Shown here: positions 9,129-17,967 of the stretch, piece by piece
Numbering within the stretch: position 1 is the first letter of the stretch
Layout of the letters: every line of letters starts with the position of its first letter
From: Armatimonadota bacterium
Lineage (GTDB): Bacteria; Armatimonadota; SYMT01
NCBI GenBank assembly: GCA_046292385.1
Contig: JBKBRF010000036.1
Span: 1-64,000, forward strand
Reading direction: 5' to 3'
Length of the DNA: 64,000 nucleotides
Position numbers and translations under genes: made by a program
The notes under the pieces: model-generated
What the model saw: only the letters and a program-made list of their open reading frames with translations
Database searches by the model: none
What the model was told of the DNA's origin: nothing

Positions 9129-9896
9129 TCACGCCAGCTCTTCGATCGGCGCCGGCTCGGGAGTCCGTCGCAGCCAGTGCCAGCGGATGTGGAACAGCTC
9201 TCCGAAGACCCCCGGAGCGTGGGAGAGGCGGACCCGGGACTCCCCGGAGTTGGACCAGGTGACCGGTAGATCGATCACCCGCAGGTCGGCCTTCTGCGCG
9301 ATCACCAGGACCTCCACGTCGAACATCCACCGTCTGACGGTGAGGCAGGGGAAGATCTGCTGCGCGGCACGCCGGGTGAAGAGCTTGAAGCCGCACTGGG
9401 TATCCGGATACGGCAGCCCGCCGAGCAGCCGGATGCAGCGGTTCATCACGCGGCCGGCCCGCTCCCGCCACCACGGCTGCCGCACCCGCAGGTTGGACTG
9501 CGCCAGCGCCCGCGAGCCGATTACCACGTCGTAGCCCTGCTCCAGGTAGGGCAGGAACTTCTCCAGCTCCTCCAGCGGCGTGGAAAGGTCGGCGTCGGAG
9601 AAGAGCACCCACTGGCCGAGCGCGCGCCGCGCTCCGTAGGCCACGGCGAACCCTTTCCCCTGGTTCTCCTCGTACCGGAGCACCCGGACCCGGGGATCGC
9701 CCCCCGCCGCGGCCTGCGCCACCTCGGCGGTGCGGTCCGCGCTGCCGTCGTCGACCACCAGGATTTCATACGAGTACCCGGCGCCGTCGAGGTACTCGCG
9801 CGCCCGCGCCAGGGACGCGGGCAGGCGTCCTTCCTCGTTGTAGCACGGGAAGATCAACGAGAGCTGCGGACTGGGTCGCGAGTCGCTGAGTGGCAT
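9129..9896 (-). CDS. GT2 glycosyltransferase, dolichyl/polyprenyl-phosphate hexosyltransferase-like
   Basis: PCYNEE, VVDDGS.D, NQGKG, DADLS, DTQCGFKLF. Confidence 0.92.
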   Translation of the reverse strand: MPLSDSRPSPQLSLIFPCYNEEGRLPASLARAREYLDGAGYSYEILVVDDGSADRTAEVAQAAAGGDPRVRVLRYEENQGKGFAVAYGARRALGQWVLFSDADLSTPLEELEKFLPYLEQGYDVVIGSRALAQSNLRVRQPWWRERAGRVMNRCIRLLGGLPYPDTQCGFKLFTRRAAQQIFPCLTVRRWMFDVEVLVIAQKADLRVIDLPVTWSNSGESRVRLSHAPGVFGELFHIRWHWLRRTPEPAPIEELA

Positions 9897-9954
9897 GGAT
9901 GCCCTATTTTAACAGGTCTCTCCCGCGCGCGGGAGACCGTCCGTGAGCCACCGG

Positions 9955-10026
9955 CTGTTTCAAGTTGGCCCTCTGGAGCCCCGGGTTCGCAACCTGCAAC
10001 CTGCCAACCTGAAAACTTGCAAACCG
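9955..10026. repeat. AACCTGC-family inverted short-repeat element
   Basis: GCAACCTGCAACCTGCCAACCTG…; same family as 26689-26806 and 33334-33417. Confidence 0.7.
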
Positions 10027-10030
10027 GAGA

Positions 10031-11017
10031 TTACATCTGGCCTTCTACGATCAGGCCGTCGCCGGGATAGACGCGGATCACGCGGGCCGCGCCCGCTTCG
10101 ACCAGGTGACGCGCCAGGTAAGCCGGATCTTCGTGTACCGCGATGATCGTCCCGCCCTTGCCGGCGCCGGCGAGCTTGGCGCCGCGAGCGCCCGCGGCGA
10201 GCGCCGCGGCGATGAGACGCTCGTTCACTTCGCCGCTGCCGCCCAGGTCGCGCTGAATCGCGTGGTTCTCGTTCATCGCCGCTCCCACCGCGTCCCAGTC
10301 GCCGGAGAGGACCGCGCTCTTCGCCTCCCGCGCCAGCCGGGCGATCCGGCGGTAACCGGCGACCACCGCCTCGTCTCCTTCAATCCAGCGGTCCCGCAGG
10401 CTCTTGTGGACGGTGCCGGAGTGCCGCTGCACCCCCGTGTTCGCCAGCAGCAGCGGCAGCTCTCCTACCAGCGGCGCCAGCGGCTCCACGGTGGCGAAGA
10501 CCGGCTCCTCGGCGGCGGTCGGCTCTTTGTCCTGGAAGTCGAGGTAGTTGAGCCCGCCGAAGACCGTCATGTACTGGTCCTGGAACCCGCAGACGCACTT
10601 CAGGATGTTGAGCTCGATGTGCCGGGCGGTCTCCGCAATCTGATACGGATTCAGACGGATCTCCAGCATCCGGAGTGTCGCGCCGAGGATGGCGACCATC
10701 ATCGCGGTCGAGCCGGAGAGGCCGCCCTGGATCGGAATGGTGGTGTGGGCCCGGAGGTAGAACGGCCGCAGCTCCAGGACCTGGTCGAAGAACGTAAAGA
10801 CCGCCTTCGCCGCGTCGGTGTAGCTGCCGTTGAGGGAGAGGTCTTCCTTACCCGAGATCACCTCCCGGTCGCCGCAGATCTCCAGCACGGTGCGGCGGGC
10901 CGGGGTGACCTCCACCACCGCCCGCTCCGCCAGCGCACTGGAGAGCACGGAGCCGCCGTAGCCATCGGTCGGGTTCCCCACCAGCCCGCACCGGCCGGGC
11001 GCCGAGGCATGGATCAT
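10031..11017 (-). CDS. GHMP-family sugar kinase (HddA/glucuronokinase-like)
   Basis: SAPGRCGLVG; PIQGGLSGST; GFQDQY; GAKLAGAGKGG; start at 11017 or 11053. Confidence 0.85.
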   Translation of the reverse strand: MIHASAPGRCGLVGNPTDGYGGSVLSSALAERAVVEVTPARRTVLEICGDREVISGKEDLSLNGSYTDAAKAVFTFFDQVLELRPFYLRAHTTIPIQGGLSGSTAMMVAILGATLRMLEIRLNPYQIAETARHIELNILKCVCGFQDQYMTVFGGLNYLDFQDKEPTAAEEPVFATVEPLAPLVGELPLLLANTGVQRHSGTVHKSLRDRWIEGDEAVVAGYRRIARLAREAKSAVLSGDWDAVGAAMNENHAIQRDLGGSGEVNERLIAAALAAGARGAKLAGAGKGGTIIAVHEDPAYLARHLVEAGAARVIRVYPGDGLIVEGQM

Positions 11018-11058
11018 CTCGCTAGTCCCTCTCGCACGGGGTTCCGTATCCACTCAAC

Positions 11059-11104
11059 AGCGCCGCGGCCTTCGCCCCCGGGACGGGAGGAAGGCCGCGG
11101 CGCT
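11059..11104. other. Intra-operon stem-loop
   Basis: Perfect 15-bp IR AGCGCCGCGGCCTTC / GAAGGCCGCGGCGCT. Confidence 0.6.
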
Positions 11105-11137
11105 CAACGTCTCAGATTCGCAGCCGGCCGGGCGCGG

Positions 11138-11731
11138 TTACTCTGCGGCCGCTCGCCGGGCTTCCACCTCGTGCAGCATGCGCCAGAAGATGAGGTGGAG
11201 GATGATCATGTGCGCGTCTTCGATCCGCTGCATGTTGTCGCTGGGGACCACCAGCGGCTCATCCACCAGCGGCGCGAGCTTGCCGCCCTGGAAGCCGGTG
11301 AGCCCCACGGTGTAGGCGCCCATCTCCCGCGCCAGCCGCGCCGCGTTCAGCACATTCGGCGAGTTGCCGCTGCCGCTCACGCAGAACACCAGGTCTCCCG
11401 GCTGCACCCACGGGCGAAGCTGCTCCGCGAAGATCTGGTCGTACGCGGTGTCGTTCGCCCACGCGGTCATCAGCGCCACGTTGTCGGTGAGCGACATGCA
11501 CTTGAACGTCTTCGTCTTCCCGCTGCCGAAGTAGATGCACTTCTGGAAGTCGTTCACGATGTGGGAGCAGGTGGAGGCGCTCCCGCCGTTCCCCAGGAGG
11601 AAGACCTGCCGGCCCTCGTCGTAGGCGCCGAGGACGCGGTCTACCAGGCCCTGGATCTGCTCCGGAGAGAGCGCTTCCAGAATGCGGCCTACATCACGCA
11701 GGTAAAACTTGATCTGCTCCATGCGCTCCAT
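11138..11731 (-). CDS. gmhA: SIS-domain phosphoheptose isomerase (GmhA family)
   Basis: GNGGSAS, TAWAND, SGSGNSPNV, IEDAH. Confidence 0.85.
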   Translation of the reverse strand: MERMEQIKFYLRDVGRILEALSPEQIQGLVDRVLGAYDEGRQVFLLGNGGSASTCSHIVNDFQKCIYFGSGKTKTFKCMSLTDNVALMTAWANDTAYDQIFAEQLRPWVQPGDLVFCVSGSGNSPNVLNAARLAREMGAYTVGLTGFQGGKLAPLVDEPLVVPSDNMQRIEDAHMIILHLIFWRMLHEVEARRAAAE

Positions 11732-12842
11732 CCTGAAGGGGGTGCCCGTTCGGCGGCACGCCCTGGGCCAGCCGCAGGTCCCCGTTTACTACCACGCCGT
11801 TCCCAACACCGTTCCCAACACCGTTCCCATTGGCGACGCGGCGGCCGTTGCCGTTCATCGCGTGGCTCATCGCCCAGACGCCTTCGATCTCCTTGCGGGT
11901 GACCGGGACCACGCCGAGCTTCCGCACCTTGGCATTGCCGGCCAGGTTCGCCACGGTGGCCGCCTCCACCCAGTCGCCGCCCGCCGCGCGGGCCAGCGTA
12001 GCCGCCGCGATGGCGCTGTCGCCGCAGCCGCACGGATCGTAGACCTCCAGCGGCACCACCGGCAGGTGCCGGCCGGGCTTGCCCGCCTGGAAGAGCACCA
12101 GGCCGCGCCCGCCCAGGGTAATCACCGCCGCCCGGCACTGGCAGACTTCCAGCAGCCGCTCGCCCGCCTCGTCGATGCGCGCCAGCTCGGAGAGCTTGAG
12201 GCCGGTCACCGCTTCCGCCTCGGACTGGTTCAGCGTCACCAGGTCGAGCTCCCGGTAATGCAGGATGCTGGCCGGCTTCGGGTTGGCGAGCACCGGGCGA
12301 CCCGCCTCGCGCGCGGCGTCGAAGATCTGCCGCACCACCGATTCGGTCAGCACGCCCTTGCTGTAGTCGGAGAAGAGCACCGCGTCGGCCCAGCGGAGGC
12401 CGGCCTTCGCCCGCGCCACCACCTCGTCCGCCACTTCCTGCGGCACGGGAGAGCGGTCTTCGCGGTCGACCCGCACCACCTGCTGGTTGTGGGCGATGAC
12501 TCGCGACTTCACCGTCGTCGGCCGGGTAGGGTGCGCCACCATGCCGTCGCTGCGCACGCCCTGCCGCTCCAGCACCTCGCGGAGCCGCTCGCCCATCGCG
12601 TCCTGGCCGACCACCGCCACGATGGAGGCCTGGCCGTCCATCGCCACGATGTTGGCGGCGACGTTGCTGGCGCCTCCGGCGGCGTAGGTGGTCTCCACCT
12701 GCTCCACCACCATCACGGGGGCTTCCGGCGAGATGCGGTTGACGCGTCCCCACAGGTACTCGTCCAGCATGCAGTCGCCGACGACCAGGACCCGTTTGCC
12801 CCGGAAGCGATTCAGCAGCTCACGAAGTCGTCCTTTTTCCAT
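11694..12842 (-). CDS. RfaE/HldE domain-I heptose-7-phosphate kinase (PfkB family), stand-alone
   Basis: VGDCMLDEYLWG.VNRISPEAPV, GGASNVA, SDYSKG, DPCGCGD; no adenylyltransferase domain. Confidence 0.9.
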   Translation of the reverse strand: MEKGRLRELLNRFRGKRVLVVGDCMLDEYLWGRVNRISPEAPVMVVEQVETTYAAGGASNVAANIVAMDGQASIVAVVGQDAMGERLREVLERQGVRSDGMVAHPTRPTTVKSRVIAHNQQVVRVDREDRSPVPQEVADEVVARAKAGLRWADAVLFSDYSKGVLTESVVRQIFDAAREAGRPVLANPKPASILHYRELDLVTLNQSEAEAVTGLKLSELARIDEAGERLLEVCQCRAAVITLGGRGLVLFQAGKPGRHLPVVPLEVYDPCGCGDSAIAAATLARAAGGDWVEAATVANLAGNAKVRKLGVVPVTRKEIEGVWAMSHAMNGNGRRVANGNGVGNGVGNGVVVNGDLRLAQGVPPNGHPLQDGAHGADQVLPA

Positions 12843-12911
12843 ATTGCTGTTCCGCCCGGTCCTCTGGCTGCGCTCCCGGGGGAGGCGCGGTTGGAGCGGG
12901 AGCGCCGCAGG

Positions 12912-14192
12912 CTACTCCGGCTCGACTCCCTGGATCAGCGCCAGGGTTTCCTGTAGCGATTCCCGGAATACGGAGACCGCGTGGTCGATCTGCTCTTTCA
13001 GCACGATCAGCGGGGGCTCGAAGCGGAAGACCCGGGGATTGCTCAGGTAATATCCCACCACTACCCGGCGGCGTGCCACCGCGGCGATGGTGAGCCCCGC
13101 CACATCCTCGTCTTCAAACTCGAGGCCCAGCAGAAGTCCCTTGCCCCGAACCTCCCGGATTACCTCTGGGAACTCGGCCTGCAGGCAAAGAAGCTCTTGC
13201 AGAAAATATGCCCCTAACTCCGCCGCGCGCGCCGGGAGTCCCTCCTCCCGGAGCACCTTCAGCGCCGCGATGCCGGCGGCGCAGGCCAGCGGGTTCCCGC
13301 CCGGGCTGCCGAAGGTGCTGGTGTGCAGCCACGGCCGCTCCCGGAACGCCTCCCACACCTCCGGGGTGCCGCAGAAGGCTCCCAGCGGCATCACCCCGCC
13401 GCCGAGCGCCTTGGCGAGGCAGATCAGGTCCGGCTCCACGCCGTAGTGCTCCACCGCGAACATCGCGCCGGTGCGTCCGAGCCCGGTCTGCACCTCGTCC
13501 GCGATCAGCAGGGCGCCGCGCTCCGTGCAGATCCGGCGCACTTCCGCCAGGTACTCCGCGGGAGGGACGATCACCCCGCCCTCGCCCTGGATCGGCTCCA
13601 GGATCACGGCGGCGGTCTGGCCGGAGACGGCGGCGTCGATCGCCGCCACGTCCCCGAACGGCACCTGCCGGAACTGCGGCACCAGCGGCTCGAACGGGGT
13701 CTTGTAGAGCTCTCGGCCGGAGGCGCTCAGGGCACCGAGCGTCTTGCCATGGTAGGCGCGCTCCGTGGAGATCACCTCCGCGCGCCCGGTGCAGACCCGC
13801 GCCAGCTTCAGCGCGCCCTCTACCGCCTCGGCGCCGCTGGAGCAGAAGAAGGAGTACTGGAGCCGGCCGGGGAGGAGGCTCGCCAGCAGCTCCGCCAGCT
13901 CCGCCTGCACCGGATTGAAGAAGACCGGCAGCGTGAGCGGCATCCGCTCGAGCTGCTCCCGCACCGCCGCCATCACCGCCGGGTGCCGGTGGCCCAGGTT
14001 GAAGACCCCCAGGCCGCCGAGGAAGTCGAGCCACGGGTTCCCTTCCACGTCGGTCAGGAACATCCCCTCGGTGGTGCTGCCGAGCGTGCCATACCCCATG
14101 AACTTCAGGAGGTTCGGCAGCGTGGGGTTCAGGTAGTCGCGGTACTGGTCCGCGGTGGAATCGACCCGGCTCTCCAGCTCGTCAGGAGTCAT
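12912..14192 (-). CDS. Class-III PLP aminotransferase (putrescine/acetylornithine aminotransferase-like)
   Basis: SGAEAVEGALK, YHGKT, EPIQGEGG, DEVQTGLGRTG, AKALGGG. Confidence 0.92.
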   Translation of the reverse strand: MTPDELESRVDSTADQYRDYLNPTLPNLLKFMGYGTLGSTTEGMFLTDVEGNPWLDFLGGLGVFNLGHRHPAVMAAVREQLERMPLTLPVFFNPVQAELAELLASLLPGRLQYSFFCSSGAEAVEGALKLARVCTGRAEVISTERAYHGKTLGALSASGRELYKTPFEPLVPQFRQVPFGDVAAIDAAVSGQTAAVILEPIQGEGGVIVPPAEYLAEVRRICTERGALLIADEVQTGLGRTGAMFAVEHYGVEPDLICLAKALGGGVMPLGAFCGTPEVWEAFRERPWLHTSTFGSPGGNPLACAAGIAALKVLREEGLPARAAELGAYFLQELLCLQAEFPEVIREVRGKGLLLGLEFEDEDVAGLTIAAVARRRVVVGYYLSNPRVFRFEPPLIVLKEQIDHAVSVFRESLQETLALIQGVEPE

Positions 14193-14311
14193 GCGCTGAA
14201 CTTCGCTTCTCTACCGCGTGGGAGCCGATCCGCAGGCCGCACCGGCAAGCCGCGGGCGGTTTCGGAAGAACGGCCGGGGCGGGGGACTCTGCGCGCGGCC
14301 AGGGCCGGCGA

Positions 14312-14340
14312 ATGCTAACACGATTGGGATTGAGCGTCAA
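14312..14340 (-). promoter_or_regulatory. Sigma70-type promoter for the aminotransferase-heptose cluster
   Basis: Minus strand TTGACG-N17-TAGCAT. Confidence 0.65.
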
Positions 14341-14706
14341 CCGACCCTCCAGGGGGCCGCGGGCCGGGGACCTGATCGCTCGCCGGGCGGAGAGCGCTTC
14401 CCGTGGTACTATTTCGGCACCCGCCTTTCGGAACCTCACCCGGCGGCCCCCTCTAACCCCCTGGCGGACGGCTCCTACTCGCGGCATAAGGGACTCGGCG
14501 GCGCGCGGCGACGGCTGGACTCTGCGGGACACCACGACCACCGCAGGAAACAAGCAAGCCCGCGCTCAACATCTCTCAAACCGGGTTACTCGAAGTCACC
14601 CAGCGCGCGCCGGCATGCCCCTCGCTGCAGCCGCGCCGCAAGCGCCGGGTCGCCAGCGAGCAAGAGTAGGAGCAGGAGCAGGACCTCCCGTGCACGGAGG
14701 CTCCCA

Positions 14707-14753
14707 CTTTAGCCTTTAGCCTTCTGCCTTTAGCCATCTGCCTTTAGCCTTCA
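14707..14753. repeat. Heptamer array (GCCTTTA/GCCTTCT)n
   Basis: About 6 units; reverse complement of the array at 23311-23431. Confidence 0.8.
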
Positions 14754-14757
14754 AGAG

Positions 14758-15816
14758 ATGGAGATCACCTTTTACGGCGTCCGCGGCTCACTTCCCGCTC
14801 CCGCCACGGCGGCCTGCGTGGAGGCGCAGCTCGCCGCCGCTCTCCACCAGGCGAGCCAGGCCGGAGCGCGGTTCGAGACGGTGGAGGAGGCGCGGCGCTG
14901 GCTGACCGCCCACGTGCCGTTCCACCGGCGCGCCACCTACGGCGGGGACACCACCTGCTTTCTGGTGCGGTGTGGGGAGAGCCGGATCGTGGTGGATGCC
15001 GGCAGCGGGATCCGCCGCCTGGGGCTCGACCTGATGCCGGAGCTGGCGCGGACCGGCTCGCTGGAGCTCGACGTCCTGTTCACCCACATGCACCTGGACC
15101 ACGTGATGGGGTTTCCGTTCTTCGCGCCGCTTTTCGCGCCGAAGCGGCAGCTCTCGGTCCGGCTGGGGCTGCACGGCGGGGCGGCGTGGCAGAACGACCT
15201 CCAGCGGGTGCTCTCCGCCACCTTCAGCCCGCCGCTGTTCCCGGTCGACCTGGACAAGCTCCGCTCCGAGGCGGCCAGCCTGGAGTACCATCCGGTCTAC
15301 GACGGCCTCCAGGTGCGCCTCGGCGCGCGGGGCGACGTGACGGCGTTCTGCCGCCGCCTCAACCACCCGAACGAGACCTATGGCTGGCGGATCGAGCACG
15401 AAGGGAAGGTGTTCGTCGTCGCCACCGACACCGAGCCGTTCGCTGGCCCGCACCCGGCGCTGATGGAGCTGGCGGAGGGCGCGGACGTGCTCTACGTCGA
15501 CGCGCAGTACGACTGGCTGCAGTACACGGGCGCCTACGACGGCGTCTCCCGCGTCGGCTGGGGACACGGCTACGCGGAGTGGTGCGGCCGCTACGCGCGA
15601 GAAGCGGGCGTCCGGATGGTGGTGATGGGGCACCACGACCCCGCGGCGGGGAACGAGCGGGTCTACGAGCTCGGCGAGAAGCTGCGGGCGGAGTTCCCAA
15701 ACACGGTGGTCGGCTTCGACGGCCTACAGGTCCACGTCGCCGGCCGCTCGATCGAGGCGCTCGGGGCGGGAGAGGGGGGAGACGCGTATCGCGTCGCACG
15801 CGACGCGAGGGTTTAG
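14758..15816 (+). CDS. MBL-fold metallo-hydrolase
   Basis: FYGVRGS, GGDTTC, THMHLDH, NHP, DAQY, WGHG, HHDP. Confidence 0.9.
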   Translation: MEITFYGVRGSLPAPATAACVEAQLAAALHQASQAGARFETVEEARRWLTAHVPFHRRATYGGDTTCFLVRCGESRIVVDAGSGIRRLGLDLMPELARTGSLELDVLFTHMHLDHVMGFPFFAPLFAPKRQLSVRLGLHGGAAWQNDLQRVLSATFSPPLFPVDLDKLRSEAASLEYHPVYDGLQVRLGARGDVTAFCRRLNHPNETYGWRIEHEGKVFVVATDTEPFAGPHPALMELAEGADVLYVDAQYDWLQYTGAYDGVSRVGWGHGYAEWCGRYAREAGVRMVVMGHHDPAAGNERVYELGEKLRAEFPNTVVGFDGLQVHVAGRSIEALGAGEGGDAYRVARDARV

Positions 15817-16011
15817 GGTGTAGGGTTTAGGGTGCTTTAGAACGATGAAGGATGAGGGATGAGGGATGAATCCGAGCCCCGCGTTAGCGGGTGAGCCCTG
15901 CTCTTGCTCCTGCTCGCTGGCGACCTTCGTACTCCGGCGCGGTTTCGCCAGCTCGACCCAAGCAAGCAGGACGGGAGTCCCTGACCCCTGACCTCTGAAA
16001 CCTGACCCCTG
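15808..16011. repeat. Cluster of four different short tandem arrays in one intergenic gap
   Basis: AGGGT(T/G)T, GGATGA(G/A), GCTC(T/C)T and CTGACCC units. Confidence 0.75.
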
Positions 16012-16020
16012 CCTCCCGCC

Positions 16021-17259
16021 CTACTTCCCCACGTACGACACGCGCCAGATGCGGTGGCCGCCGTCGTCGCTGACGAGCAGGGCTCCGTCCGCCGCTACGG
16101 CTACGTCGACCGGGCGGCCCCAGACGTTTCGAGAGGCCGGATCGGTGAGGAAGCCGGTCATGAAGTCCTCGTAGCCCCCCACCGGCTTGCCGTGCTGGAA
16201 GCGGACGCGCACCACCTTGTAGCCGGTGCGCAGGGAGCGGTTCCAGGAGCCGTGCATCGCCACGAAGGCGTCGTTCCGGTACTCCGCGGGGAACTGGGAG
16301 CCGGTGTAGAAGGTGCAGCCGAGCGGCGCGGAGTGGGACTGCAGCAGCACGTCCGGCACGATCACGCTCTTCGCCGGCTCCTTCGGCTCCCGCACCACGC
16401 CCGGATCGCGGTTCGTGCCGATGTAGTAGTAGGGCCAGCCGTAGAAGCCGCCGGACTTCACTTCGGTAAAGAAATCGGGCACCAGGTCGTCCCCGTAGCC
16501 GTCCCGCTCGTTCACCACGGTCCAGAGCGCGCCGTCCGTCGGGTTCAGCGCCAGGCCGGCCGGATTCCGAAGGCCCCAGGCATAGCGGCCCAGCTTCTTC
16601 CCGTTCGGCTTGTAGGCGTGAATCGCGGCGCGGACCGGCTGCTCCGGGCTGTTGTTGCTTTCGGAGCCGATCGCCAGGAAGAGCTTCTTCCCGTCCGCGC
16701 TGAAGAGGATGTCCCGGGTCCAGTGCCCGAAGCCGGGGATCTTCTTGATCAGGACCTTCGGCTTGCCGGAAGCGCTCAGCCGACCCGCCTGGTAGGGGAG
16801 GCGTACCACGGAGGTGGAGTTGGCGACGTATAGCCACTTGCCCCGGAAGGCGAGACCGAACGGCCGGCTCAGCTTCTGGCGGCGGTCGGCGAAGACGGCC
16901 ATCGTCTCCGCCACGCCGTCGCCGTCCTGGTCCCGCAGCGCCAGCACCCGGTCGCCCCCGGAGTCGGCGACGAAGACGTCGCCGTTTGGGGCCACGGCGA
17001 GGCGGCGCGGGCTGTTGTTTCCGCCCAGGTTCTCCGCGAAGACGTTCACGCGGAAACCGGCGGGCACGTCCGGCAGCTCGCCCTCCGGCCGCGGCACGAG
17101 GATGGGGCCGTTGCCGGCGGAGGGCGTGGCGAACGGCGCCGGAAGGACCGCCGGGTTGATGTAGTGCTGCCGGCCGGGATAGTCCATCTCCGCCTGCGCG
17201 AAGACGGCGCCCGCGGCGAGCAGCGAAACCACGCAGAGCTGGGTGGGGCGAAGCGGCAT
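16021..17259 (-). CDS. L-sorbosone dehydrogenase family (PQQ-dependent sugar dehydrogenase), secreted
   Basis: Signal peptide; HWTR, GLRNP.GL, VNERD..GDDLVPD, HSAPLG, HGSWNR, GRPVDV. Confidence 0.9.
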   Translation of the reverse strand: MPLRPTQLCVVSLLAAGAVFAQAEMDYPGRQHYINPAVLPAPFATPSAGNGPILVPRPEGELPDVPAGFRVNVFAENLGGNNSPRRLAVAPNGDVFVADSGGDRVLALRDQDGDGVAETMAVFADRRQKLSRPFGLAFRGKWLYVANSTSVVRLPYQAGRLSASGKPKVLIKKIPGFGHWTRDILFSADGKKLFLAIGSESNNSPEQPVRAAIHAYKPNGKKLGRYAWGLRNPAGLALNPTDGALWTVVNERDGYGDDLVPDFFTEVKSGGFYGWPYYYIGTNRDPGVVREPKEPAKSVIVPDVLLQSHSAPLGCTFYTGSQFPAEYRNDAFVAMHGSWNRSLRTGYKVVRVRFQHGKPVGGYEDFMTGFLTDPASRNVWGRPVDVAVAADGALLVSDDGGHRIWRVSYVGK

Positions 17260-17348
17260 CTTGTGGCTACTCCTCGTGCGACGGCCTCCGAGCGCTATCA
17301 TACCGAGAAGCAGCAGCTCGCGAGAACGGTAGACGAGAGGAGCATCGC

Positions 17349-17918
17349 ATGAGTTCCGGATGGGAGTATTTACGGGTGCGGGGGGAGCCGGAGCTGGACC
17401 GGCTGGGCGCGGAGGGCTGGGAGCTGGTCGGCCTGCGCGCGGACGAGTGGATCTTCAAGCGCTCCGAGCCGGAGCCTTCGGTCCGGTTCACCCTGGAGCA
17501 GCGGGACGCCGCGCTCGCCGACGTCGCCGCGCACCAGGCCCACACGCGCCACCTCCTCAACCCGGAGGTCGCCGCGCTGATCCGGCGGGTGAACCACACG
17601 CAGATGCTGCTGATCGCCGACCGCGGCTTTCCGGTCCCGCCGCTGCCGCAGGTGGTCGACCTCTCCCTCACCGCCGACATTCCGACGGTGCTTCAGGTGC
17701 TGGAGGCGGTGCTGCCGGATCTGCCCGCGGACCGCCTGATCCGCGCCGAAGAGCAGCGTGAGGCGGCGCCGGAGCGCTGGCGGGTCCACGCGGGAGGCTC
17801 TCCACGCGCACTCGCGGTGCCCCACCTGGAGCTGAAGCGCCTCGCCCGGCACGCGGTCGGCTGCATCCGCACCGGGGATGCCACGCCGTACGCGAACGTG
17901 CTGCTGGTGGGGGGATGA
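17349..17918 (+). CDS. RbsD/FucU family pyranase with an N-terminal DUF4177-like module
   Basis: C-terminal LLNPE…NHT..LLIADRGFP…RTGDATPYAN; N-terminal WEY…LG.EGWELV…FKR. Confidence 0.8.
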   Translation: MSSGWEYLRVRGEPELDRLGAEGWELVGLRADEWIFKRSEPEPSVRFTLEQRDAALADVAAHQAHTRHLLNPEVAALIRRVNHTQMLLIADRGFPVPPLPQVVDLSLTADIPTVLQVLEAVLPDLPADRLIRAEEQREAAPERWRVHAGGSPRALAVPHLELKRLARHAVGCIRTGDATPYANVLLVGG

Positions 17919-17967
17919 GGAGGCGGCGCTCCGGATCCGGGTGGTCCGGAGCGCCGGCGTTGAAGGG

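Noticed and set aside
14390..14460. Lysine-riboswitch-like words on the minus strand (AGAGG…GAAAGG…GCCGAAA…GCGCT)
   Set aside because: Far too short, lacks the P3-P5 elements, and lies upstream of the predicted promoter.
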